From an uncultured Gemmatimonadota bacterium (lineage in GTDB: Bacteria > Blakebacterota > Blakebacteria > Blakebacterales > Blakebacteraceae), in the NCBI GenBank assembly GCA_964576115.1, contig CAZNUA010000029.1, positions 1 to 45,352 on the forward strand: DNA of 45,352 bases, read 5' to 3'. The notes beneath the pieces were generated by a model. It was not told the DNA's origin, ran no database searches, and worked only from the letters and a program-made list of their open reading frames with translations. A program made the position numbers and the translations under genes. Shown piece by piece: positions 38,301 to 45,352 of this stretch. Each line of letters opens with the position of its first letter. The stretch's first letter is position 1.

Positions 38301-38835
38301 GTTCAACTCGGTGGCCAAGCCGGTGCTGGTGCTCACCAACGTGATCCTCTCCATTGTCGGAGTCATCCTGGGGCTGATCGTTTTCCGGATGCCCTTCGGG
38401 ATCATCATGACCGGAGTCGGCATCATCAGCCTGGCGGGGATCGTGGTGAACAACGGGATCGTGCTGATCGACTATATCGAGGTTCTGCGCACCCGCGACG
38501 GGGTGGCCCGCCGCGAGGCACTGGTGCAGGGAGGTATGACCCGATTCCGGCCGGTGATCCTGACCGCGGTGACGACCGTGCTGGGGCTGATTCCCCTGGC
38601 AATCGGGCTCAACATCGACTTCTTCGGGCTCTTCAGCTCGCTCTCGCCCAACCTCTACTGGGGGGGCGAGCAGGCGGCGTGGTGGGGGCCGATGGCGATT
38701 GCGGTGATTGCCGGACTCACTTTCGCTACCTTCCTGACCCTGGTTCTGACGCCGGTCATGTACTCACTGACCGACGACTTCGGCGATCTGACCCAGCGGG
38801 TCCTCTTCGGCCGGGAGCGTTCGAAGGAAGACTAG
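35392..38835 (+). CDS. RND efflux permease (AcrB/AcrD/AcrF family)
   Basis: GMLVDNAIVLVENI, GIVVNNGIVLID, RFRPVILTA. Confidence 0.93.
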   Translation: MTGAANSGSGRSGGSERSSGSTPGDGTARSDGRELSAYKEFALTSLAIRNPTSVLMLIAIVVVMGISSYLRIPKESSPEITIPNVVVSTFYAGASPDDVESLVTRPLERELSTIGEVKTITSTSSESVSSINVEFEAGSDMDEALQSVREKVDLARPDLPEEVDEPRVVEINFSDFPIMQVNISGSYSQVRLKELAEDLQDRIEGIPMVLEAALSGGVEREVQVNVDLPMLKYYNLTFSDVVFAIQGENVTIPGGSIDVGHLKYLVRVPGEFTETTLIEEIVIDTPGDRPVYVRDVAEVDFAFKERSSYARMDGTPVVTLSVSKRAGENIIETSEAVKAAIEAMRPEFPPSTRVTVTSDQSEYIEDMVANLENSIISGLILVVAVLLFFLGVGNALFVGLAIPLSMLLSFIIMDLAGMTMNMIVLFSLILALGMLVDNAIVLVENIYRFMEEGFDRKMAARKAAGEVAVPVIAATATTLAAFLPLAFWPGIVGEFMGYLPKTLIITLSSSLFVALVINPTLASLFMRLEGAPRHRMTRGMRLLVIGGSVLLILAVMSANLVTGALLLATGVLLFGLYRFVFKPFTAIFLNRILPWMLRIYERQLRWALEHRGLTLGSTVGVFILSFVLFGAFSNGVEFFPEGVPPDQLYVQLEAPIGSRVDFTDRLVRRVETEVAELPGQADFESVVATVGQQQGGLGGGNSEHLATVSISLVDFEQRQRDAFETLESMRSVIGQNLAGAEVSIESPDMGPPTGLPIVIEVSGPDATVLKAMGEELVDRLENSPVGPKLDGLESDLSTGRPELVVEVDRERAALFGLSTNMIGFEVRNAINGVEASTFRDGQEEYDVIVRLSEQYRRDLDALSDLTVMADGTAVPLSSVAEWRVGEGYGSINRKDQDRVVTISSDVRSGYQANAVLFEVMRLIRPWQESLPVGYSLSYAGQNEFQGEAQDFLSQAFLIALFLIAFILISQFNSVAKPVLVLTNVILSIVGVILGLIVFRMPFGIIMTGVGIISLAGIVVNNGIVLIDYIEVLRTRDGVARREALVQGGMTRFRPVILTAVTTVLGLIPLAIGLNIDFFGLFSSLSPNLYWGGEQAAWWGPMAIAVIAGLTFATFLTLVLTPVMYSLTDDFGDLTQRVLFGRERSKED

Positions 38836-38839
38836 ATAT

Positions 38840-41179
38840 CTACTCGCTGGTCAGCACCCGCACCGGATCGATCCGGACCGCGCGGCGGGCCGGAATGAGG
38901 GTAGCCAGAACGGTGGCGGCGAAAAGCACTGCGACCGCTGCGGCAAAAGCCGTCAGGTCGGTGGTGCTGATTCCGACCACCAGGCCCTGCAGCAGGCGGG
39001 TGGCCAGGAGGGCTCCCCCCAGACCGAAACCGATTCCGAGACCGGAGAGAACGATCCCTTTGCGCAGGACTTCCGTGAGGACCGCCCGCGGATGCGCCCC
39101 GAAGGCGATCCGGATACCGATCTCCCGGTTCATCTGGGCCACCATGTATGAGACCACACCATAGAGTCCGATCGCAGCCAGCAGCAGCGCCATGACGCCG
39201 AAGATCGTGATCAGGACGGTCCAGAATCGCGATCCCTGCAGCGAGGTCCTGATGTCATCGGCGATCGGACCCGCTCCGTCGATGACCAGGGTACTCTCCG
39301 NNNNNNNNNNNNNNNNNNNNNNNNNNNNNNNNNNNNNNNNNNNNNNNNNNNNNNNNNNNNNNNNNNNNNNNNNNNNNNNNNNNNNNNNNNNNNNNNNNNN
39401 GAAGGGGCGGGCGGTGGCGATGGCTGTTTCCTCCACGCCCGGAAGGGCCCGGAACCGCCCGGCCATCGTCGTGAAGAAGTCCAGCTGTTGGGCTCCTTCG
39501 GGATAGGCTGCAGCGGGCAGATTCAGGTTGATGGAGAGGACGTTGCCCGGATCGAAACCGGGATCGGTGCTGCTGAGCCGGCTGAAGCTGCGGACCATGA
39601 GACCGGTGCCGGTGAGCAGGACCAGGGTGATGGCGGTCTCGAGGATGACCAGGAGCTGGCGGGTCCGCTGCCGCCCCGGGCCCTCGGTCGTCCGCCCGCC
39701 CTCGCGGATCAGGACATTCAGGTCACTGCGGGCGGTCTGCAGGGCTGGGGTGAGCCCGAAGAGAACACCGGTCAGCAGGGTTACGGCGGCCGAGAAGAAC
39801 AGCACCCGGGGATCGATCCGGGGCTGGAACATGGCAGGCAGGTCGATCGGATTCAGACGGATCAGGACATCGGTGCCCCAGTAGGCCAGCAGGATACCGA
39901 GTATGCCGCCAATCGCCGCCAGAACCAGGGCTTCGACAAGGAGCTGACGCACCAGGCGCCCGCGTCCGGCTCCCACCGACATGCGGATGGCGATCTCGCG
40001 GCGTCGCGATCCGGCCCGGGCCAGGAGCAGGTTGGCCACGTTGGCACAGACGATGAGCAGCACCAGCGCCACCGCGCCCAGCAGGATCCAGAGCGTGCTC
40101 CGGATCCGTTCCACACTCTGGCGGTGGACCGGCTCGACCAGGGCGCTGACCCCTTCGTTCAGATCGGCGTACTCGGCGCTCAGGTGGGCCGCAATGGCCC
40201 GGACCTCCTCGGTGACCTGTGCGAGAGTCACCCCGTCGGCCATCCGGCCGATGACGAACATGCTGTGCTGCCCCCGGAGACTCGTTTCCGGGTCGATGAC
40301 ATACGGGGTCCAGATACGCGGCTCGATGCTCAGCATCTGCCCCAGAAAAGTGATCGGCGGAGGGAACTGAAAGCCTTCGGGCATGACCCCGATGATGGTG
40401 TGTGGGCGTCCGTTGAGCTGGATCGAGGTGCCGATGATCTCGGGGTCGGCGCCGAGCTCGTCGCGCCACCAGCCGTATTCGAGCAGGGCAACCGGTTCGG
40501 CCCCCGGGAGTGCTTCCTCGCAGGTATAGACGCGTCCCAGCATGGGCTCGACGCCGAGCAGGTGAAAGAGCTCGGCGGTTGTCTGGGTGCCCTGCACACG
40601 TTGCGGATCGCCGATACCGAGGATGTCGTAGGAGTCGAATCCGAGTCCGGCCATGCCGACCAGGGTTTCGCTCTGGGCCTGGTAGTCGAGGAAGTTGGGT
40701 GCGGAGAAGGGCATACGGGGGTAGCCCATCTGCGGGGCGCTCTCCCAGACCGCAACCAGCCGGTCGGGTTCGTCGTAAGGCAGGGGGCGCAGCAGGACTC
40801 CGTTGACAACACTGAAGATGGCGGTGTTGCCGCCGATCCCGATCGCCAGGGTCAGGATCGCTATGATAGAGAAGACCGGAGCACGCTGCAGGTTGCGCAG
40901 GGCGAAGGATACATCACGGCCGATCGAGCGGATCGTCTCCCGCCGCCGGCGCTGCTGCAGGTGTTCGCCGTCGATATCCCGGCACTCGTCGTGAATGCCG
41001 TTGACGTCACCGAAGCGTCGCACCGCTTCGCGGCGGGCTTCTTCGGGGTTCATACCCGCGGCCCGGAACTCTTCGATGCGGCCTTCGAGATGGTGGGTAA
41101 GCTCATCATCGAGACCGCGCTGCAGGTGCCGGCCGGAAAAATCGAGCCGGAAGAGGCGTTTCCAGTCCACCGGGCTCAT
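38840..41179 (-). CDS. ADOP duplicated permease (gap 39301-39400 hides part of second periplasmic domain)
   Basis: Prefix LDDELTHHLEGR...EARREAVRRFGD; TLAIGIGGNTAIFSVVNGVLL; LLIVCANVANLLLAR; REIGIRIAFGA; IDPVRVLTSE. Confidence 0.9.
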   Translation of the reverse strand: MSPVDWKRLFRLDFSGRHLQRGLDDELTHHLEGRIEEFRAAGMNPEEARREAVRRFGDVNGIHDECRDIDGEHLQQRRRRETIRSIGRDVSFALRNLQRAPVFSIIAILTLAIGIGGNTAIFSVVNGVLLRPLPYDEPDRLVAVWESAPQMGYPRMPFSAPNFLDYQAQSETLVGMAGLGFDSYDILGIGDPQRVQGTQTTAELFHLLGVEPMLGRVYTCEEALPGAEPVALLEYGWWRDELGADPEIIGTSIQLNGRPHTIIGVMPEGFQFPPPITFLGQMLSIEPRIWTPYVIDPETSLRGQHSMFVIGRMADGVTLAQVTEEVRAIAAHLSAEYADLNEGVSALVEPVHRQSVERIRSTLWILLGAVALVLLIVCANVANLLLARAGSRRREIAIRMSVGAGRGRLVRQLLVEALVLAAIGGILGILLAYWGTDVLIRLNPIDLPAMFQPRIDPRVLFFSAAVTLLTGVLFGLTPALQTARSDLNVLIREGGRTTEGPGRQRTRQLLVILETAITLVLLTGTGLMVRSFSRLSSTDPGFDPGNVLSINLNLPAAAYPEGAQQLDFFTTMAGRFRALPGVEETAIATARPFXXXXXXXXXXXXXXXXXXXXXXXXXXXXXXXXXXESTLVIDGAGPIADDIRTSLQGSRFWTVLITIFGVMALLLAAIGLYGVVSYMVAQMNREIGIRIAFGAHPRAVLTEVLRKGIVLSGLGIGFGLGGALLATRLLQGLVVGISTTDLTAFAAAVAVLFAATVLATLIPARRAVRIDPVRVLTSE

Positions 41180-41547
41180 ACCTGCACCTCACCGGCCCGG
41201 CCCAGATCGCGGGGAGCGACGTCGAGCACGTCGAGAACCGCCCGGGTGTGGGCCATCCAGTCGCCCAGTTCGGTCTGCAGTTCCTTCTCCCCGGCCGCCG
41301 TCAGGGTGTAGAAGCGAGCCCGACGGCGTTTCTCGGAGATCCGCCACTCACCTTCGATCAGGCCCTGCGCCACCAGGCGGTGCAGGGCGGGGTAGAGGGC
41401 CCCCTCCTCGATCTGGAGGACATCGCCCGAGAGTTTCTCGATCTCGCGGGCGATCGAAAGGCCGTGCCTGGGCTCGGAGCCGCGCAGGGTGTTCATGATC
41501 AGCAGTTCGAGGGTGCCGTACAGCCGTCCGGTCGTGTTGCCGCCCAT
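41176..41547 (-). CDS. PadR family transcriptional regulator (ADOP-associated type)
   Basis: GGGAG RBS; YGTLELLIM, HGLSIA, EEGALYPALHRL, EWRISEKRRRARFYTLT; overlaps permease start by 4 nt. Confidence 0.92.
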   Translation of the reverse strand: MGGNTTGRLYGTLELLIMNTLRGSEPRHGLSIAREIEKLSGDVLQIEEGALYPALHRLVAQGLIEGEWRISEKRRRARFYTLTAAGEKELQTELGDWMAHTRAVLDVLDVAPRDLGRAGEVQV

Positions 41548-41561
41548 GATCACTCCCTGGC

Positions 41562-41574
41562 ATAAACTGTTTAT
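41562..41574. promoter_or_regulatory. Putative PadR operator palindrome
   Basis: ATAAAC-T-GTTTAT, 14 bp upstream of padR ATG. Confidence 0.55.
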
Positions 41575-41698
41575 ATGACGGGTTTATACTAACTACGTGT
41601 CGGTGCTGATGAAGGTTTCACGGGCGGAGAACGGGGCGGGATCTGACAAGGAAGGTTTCCCGTTTGGCTGAGCCATAGTAGACTCTGCGCAATCGTGT

Positions 41699-41821
41699 AC
41701 GGAGGCCGTCCAGGACGACGCCCGGTACCAACGGGAGATGGAACGCCTGGGCGAGATCTATGCGCCGTACCGGCCCGAGTTCGAGTACTTCGGCTGGGTC
41801 TGGGTGTTTCTGAGAAAGTGA
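41699..41821 (+). pseudogene. Orphan 3' gene fragment
   Basis: Codon-biased frame TEAVQDDARYQREMERLGEIYAPYRPEFEYFGWVWVFLRK* with no good start. Confidence 0.35.
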
Positions 41822-41845
41822 GCGCGTGAGAAAGCAGGTACGGAG

Positions 41846-42421
41846 ATGGCACGTTTGCCGGTGAACTCACCTGTCCTGCGGTCCCTCATCCCCGGCTTTC
41901 TGGCCGGTCTGCTGGCCGGGATCGTCCTGTTCGCGGTCCTTCCCGGTCGGGAAGAGGAGGAACCGGCCGACGTGAGCGGGGAAGCGATCCACTTCGTGCA
42001 CGATGTCTTCCGGCTGTCCTCCGTTCAGATTCCGGAATTCCTCTCGCCCTGCCGGATGGTCAGTGCGACCGAGCAGTTCTCCGAGGCCCCGATCCGGATC
42101 GTGGCCTGGATCGATTTCCTCTGCCCCGACTGCGTCTATCTTTACCAGCAGCTGGAACGGCTCCGGCCCGAGTTCGCCGAACAGATGAACGTCGTCTGCC
42201 AGTTCTTTCCGCTGGAGGCCGAATGCAACGAGGTCGTGGCCAAGGACCTGCATCCGGGGGCCTGCGAACTGTCGTGGATCGCCTTCCACGATCCCGAGCA
42301 GTTTCCGGAGATCCAGCGGGAGATCTTCACACATCCCAGCCAGGCCCGCGATCCCGACTGGCGGGCCAAGCTGGCCCGCCGATACGGGGTCGAGGAGGCG
42401 CTGACCGACCTCGATACAAGA
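41846..42421 (+). CDS. Membrane-anchored DsbA/thioredoxin-fold protein (3' end in gap)
   Basis: N-terminal TM helix; WIDFLCPDC (CxxC), FFPLEAECN, HPGAC. Confidence 0.8.
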
Positions 42422-42522
42422 NNNNNNNNNNNNNNNNNNNNNNNNNNNNNNNNNNNNNNNNNNNNNNNNNNNNNNNNNNNNNNNNNNNNNNNNNNNNNNN
42501 NNNNNNNNNNNNNNNNNNNNNG

Positions 42523-43956
42523 CGCCGGCTGGGGCCCTTCGATTCGGTCATGATGATGGTGGGGCTGGTGATCGGTTCGGGGATCTACCTGACCACCGGC
42601 ATCATGGCCGACACTCTGCCCTCGGTCCCCCTGATCATGGCGGCCTGGCTGGTGGGGGGACTGCTGACCCTGGCCGGGGCGCTGACCTGCGCCGAACTGG
42701 GTGCGCTCCTGCCCGAGGCCGGCGGACTCTATGTCTTCCTGCGCGAAGCCTGGGGCTCTCTGGCCGGCTTCCTCTTCGGCTGGCTGCTCTTCCTGGTCAC
42801 CATGAGCGGTTCTGTGGCAGCTCTGGCGGTGGCTTTCGCCGAATACCTGGGGCGCTTTCTGCCCGCCCTCTCACCGGAGCGGACTCTGCTGACGATCATA
42901 CCCGGCGGTGCCGGCGGGGCGGGGGGATGGTCGATCTCGGCCGGCCAGCTGGCGGCGGTGGGTCTGATCGTCGTTCTGACGGCCTACAACTACCGCGGTG
43001 TTCGTCCGGGAGCGGTCCTGCAGAATGTGCTGACCGTGATCAAGATCGGCACCCTGGTGGCCCTGGGCGTGATCGGGCTCAGCTTCGGCCGGGCCGAACC
43101 GGTCGATCTCGCCCTGAATCCGGCCGGCCTGGGTTTGTCGGATCTGCTGACCGGTTTCGGGGTGGCCCTGATTGCGGTCTCGTGGGCTTTCGACGGCTGG
43201 AACAACATCACCTACGTGGCCGGCGAGATCAGGGATCCGGGGCGCAACCTGCCCCTGGCTCTGATCGGTGGCACTCTGCTCATCACCCTGCTCTATCTGC
43301 TGGCCAATGCGGTCTTCGTCCGGGCTCTGCCGCTCGGGGAGATGGCCGGGGTGGTCCCGGTCGCCGAACGGGCGGTCAGCTCGCTCTTCGGCCGGGCTGC
43401 AGGCGGCGTGCTGACCGTACTGGTCCTGGTCTCGATCCTGGGGGCGTTGCAGGGGGCGGTTTTCGCCGGACCGCGGGTCTTCTACGCCATGGCCCGCGAC
43501 GGGTTCTTTTTCCGCCGGGTGGGTGGGGTCCATCCCCGTTTCGGCACGCCGGCTGCGGCGATCGTGCTGCAGGGCGCCTGGTCGATCGTGCTGACTCTCA
43601 GCGGCACCTTCGAGCAGCTCTTCACCTTCGTGATGTTTCTCACCATCGCCTTCTGGATCGCGGCCGCCGCGGCGGTCTTCACCCTGCGCCGGACGATGCC
43701 CGACGCCCCGCGTCCCTACCGAACCTGGGGCTATCCGGCGGTACCGATCCTATTCATCCTCGCCAGTCTGGCCCTGATGGTGAATACGCTGATCAACCGG
43801 CCCCTGGAATCGCTCGCCGGAATCGGTCTGGCTCTCGTCGGCCTGCCTGTCTATGCATGGTGGAGAAAGCAGCGGCAACAGGCTTTGTCTTCACTCGGAC
43901 TCCAACCCGACACCGATATACCACAGAACGGAGAGAACCCCGATGCTGCGCAATGA
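42523..43956 (+). CDS. APC family amino acid permease (5' end in gap)
   Basis: RRLGPFD, VIGSGIY, AELGALLPEAGGLY, WAFDGWN, PRVFYAMARDG, HPRFGTP, RPYRTWGYP. Confidence 0.9.
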   Translation, partial: RRLGPFDSVMMMVGLVIGSGIYLTTGIMADTLPSVPLIMAAWLVGGLLTLAGALTCAELGALLPEAGGLYVFLREAWGSLAGFLFGWLLFLVTMSGSVAALAVAFAEYLGRFLPALSPERTLLTIIPGGAGGAGGWSISAGQLAAVGLIVVLTAYNYRGVRPGAVLQNVLTVIKIGTLVALGVIGLSFGRAEPVDLALNPAGLGLSDLLTGFGVALIAVSWAFDGWNNITYVAGEIRDPGRNLPLALIGGTLLITLLYLLANAVFVRALPLGEMAGVVPVAERAVSSLFGRAAGGVLTVLVLVSILGALQGAVFAGPRVFYAMARDGFFFRRVGGVHPRFGTPAAAIVLQGAWSIVLTLSGTFEQLFTFVMFLTIAFWIAAAAAVFTLRRTMPDAPRPYRTWGYPAVPILFILASLALMVNTLINRPLESLAGIGLALVGLPVYAWWRKQRQQALSSLGLQPDTDIPQNGENPDAAQ

Positions 43957-44764
43957 AGGTGAGACCCTGACCCGGGTTGTGGTCTGCCCGCCCGCAGACG
44001 AGTACTGCACCCACGACGACCCGGGTGCCCACGGCATGAGCGGGGTGCCCGACCGGGAGCGGGCGCTGGCGCAGTACCGGGCGCTGCGTTCGGCGCTGGA
44101 CGGGGAGCGGACCGAAGTGATCGAAGTGCCCGAACTGCCCGGGCACCCCAACTCGGTCTTCACCCGCGATACCGCTCTCATTACTCCCGGCGGTCACGTG
44201 CGCCTGCGCATGGGTCTCGAAACCAGGCGGGGCGAAGAGGAGTGGATGTCGGAGATCGTGCGCGGTCTTGGCGCCCCCTGCATCGGCACGATCGAGACTC
44301 CCGGCACGGTCGAGGGGGGCGACGTGATCCTGGCCGGGCAGACGGCCTTCGTGGGGCTCTCCTCGCGCTCGAATGCATCCGGGGTGGAGCAGCTCACGGC
44401 CATTCTCGAACAGCAGGGCTACGAGGTCCGGGTGGCCCAGGTCGGGGATGAGTACATGCACATCGGGGGCCTGATGAGCATGGTGGGACCCCGTCGCATA
44501 CTCTGCTGTTCCGGGCTATTCCCCGAAGGTTACTTCACGGGCTATGAGACGATCGAGATCGACTGGTACGGCCCCTCCTGTGCCAACGTGATCTGCCTGC
44601 GCCCCGATGAAGTGATCGTCAATGCGGCCGAGGCCGGCCCCACGATCGAGGTGCTCGAAGCCGCCGGGTTGACGGTGCACGGCCTCGACATGTCGGAGTA
44701 CCGCACCGGCGGGGGCGGACCCACCTGCACGATCCTGCCGGTTGAGAGAGTGCCGGGGCTGTGA
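43943..44764 (+). CDS. Amidinotransferase/pentein superfamily enzyme (DDAH or arginine deiminase-like)
   Basis: GGAGAG RBS; PNSVFTRD, RRGE, VEGGDV, MHI, GGGGPTC (catalytic Cys). Confidence 0.85.
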   Translation: MLRNEGETLTRVVVCPPADEYCTHDDPGAHGMSGVPDRERALAQYRALRSALDGERTEVIEVPELPGHPNSVFTRDTALITPGGHVRLRMGLETRRGEEEWMSEIVRGLGAPCIGTIETPGTVEGGDVILAGQTAFVGLSSRSNASGVEQLTAILEQQGYEVRVAQVGDEYMHIGGLMSMVGPRRILCCSGLFPEGYFTGYETIEIDWYGPSCANVICLRPDEVIVNAAEAGPTIEVLEAAGLTVHGLDMSEYRTGGGGPTCTILPVERVPGL

Positions 44765-44800
44765 GCGACCGTGTTTGATCGTTCATAATGCTCTGGTATG

Positions 44801-44828
44801 TTGCGGTTGCCAGTAAGTTGTCTATACT
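44801..44828 (+). promoter_or_regulatory. Putative sigma70 promoter
   Basis: TTGCGG(44801-44806)-N16-TATACT(44823-44828). Confidence 0.4.
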
Positions 44829-44838
44829 CTGATACATG

Positions 44839-44951
44839 GGAATGGTGTGAAAAGGGATCTTTGACCCCGGTCATCCCAGGCACACCCCGCAACTTTCACA
44901 TACTTCCTCCCCGCTCGACACGCCGCAAGGCCTCGGGCGGGGTTATTGTTT
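44839..44951 (+). ncRNA. Candidate structured sRNA / attenuator leader
   Basis: Nested stems GGAA/TTCC, TGTGAAA/TTTCACA, GGGA..TGAC/GTCA-TCCC, followed by a terminator hairpin. Confidence 0.45.
44909..44951 (+). terminator. Intrinsic terminator-like hairpin
   Basis: CCCCGCTCGA-cac-GCC-GCAA-GGC-c-TCGGGCGGGG followed by TTATTGTTT. Confidence 0.7.
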
Positions 44952-44996
44952 CATCCGGTTGGCAGTCCCTGTTGATTGATTGAGAAGGGACATCGT

Positions 44997-45352
44997 ATGG
45001 ACACGCCTCCCCTCCGGGCCGAACTGGAACGTCTGGCCGTACTGTTGGAACAGGCCGCTGCCTCTGTCCGCCGCATCTCGCAGGCACTGGAATCCACGGA
45101 ATCACCCGGATCATCGGCCGAAGACGCGGTCGCAGCCGCGGAAGTCCAGGCCGACTCCAACTCGACGACGGAACTTTCCCTCACCCCGCCACCGGAACAC
45201 ACCGACGCTCACGAGACTACAGCCTCCCCCGTCACGGTCCCCGTGCCCCCGTCATCAGATGACCTGGAGCGGCTGATCCCGACGGCCGCCGTTCTGCTGC
45301 GCCGGGAGCCTGACCGCATCTGGCGCGATACCGAATTGGTGCGCGGTGTCGT
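44997..45352 (+). CDS. Hypothetical protein, runs off window end
   Basis: GAAGGGA RBS; open frame MDTPPLRAELERLAVLLEQAAASVRRISQALE, acidic/Pro linker, then DLERLIPTAAVLLRREPDRIWRDTELVRGV. Confidence 0.65.
   Translation, partial: MDTPPLRAELERLAVLLEQAAASVRRISQALESTESPGSSAEDAVAAAEVQADSNSTTELSLTPPPEHTDAHETTASPVTVPVPPSSDDLERLIPTAAVLLRREPDRIWRDTELVRGV

Noticed and set aside
41590-41870. Fluoride riboswitch (GGAGATGG and GCTGATGA words)
   Set aside because: Elements are in the wrong order and spacing, the pseudoknot cannot be formed, and no fluoride-related gene follows
42223-43956. DsbA-permease fusion or 577-aa ORF
   Set aside because: Produced by reading through the N gap; two separate genes
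44839-44907. c-di-GMP-II or guanidine riboswitch
   Set aside because: Only superficial words (GGAA, TGAA, GGCAC) match and the required pairings are not evident; kept as an unknown RNA candidate

Overview
GC-rich bacterial scaffold, probably a metagenome assembly, with five 100-N gaps. Two gaps are flanked by exact 55-bp duplications, so they are false gaps. A secreted protein ending in a 'QNYPNPFN' C-terminal domain and the PadR/ADOP loci suggest an FCB-group or Acidobacteria-like organism (inference). Contents in order: a partial beta-propeller lipoprotein; a tRNA 3' remnant; an orphan duplicated MacB/FtsX (ADOP) permease; an AbiE type IV TA pair whose toxin appears to carry two in-frame deletions; a compact minus-strand operon acpS - acetate-CoA-ligase-like - ACP - kbl - phzF-like; an MFS transporter; PadR plus three tandem, mosaic 889-aa ADOP permeases preceded by a 6 x 13-bp repeat; a small hypothetical protein; thrC; a putative beta-barrel protein; a small membrane protein/SSS/GDPD operon; a HAD hydrolase; an FN3-TPR lipoprotein with a large BNR-propeller protein; a TolC-MFP-RND efflux operon; a second PadR-ADOP pair; a DsbA-like protein; an APC permease with an amidinotransferase-family enzyme; and a structured RNA/terminator ahead of a partial ORF. 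Best candidates for undescribed biology are the ACP-linked alpha-oxoamine synthase operon, the PadR-linked ADOP array that appears diversified by recombination, and the unannotated structured RNA at about 44.84-44.95 kb. All family calls are from motif recognition by eye; no searches were run.
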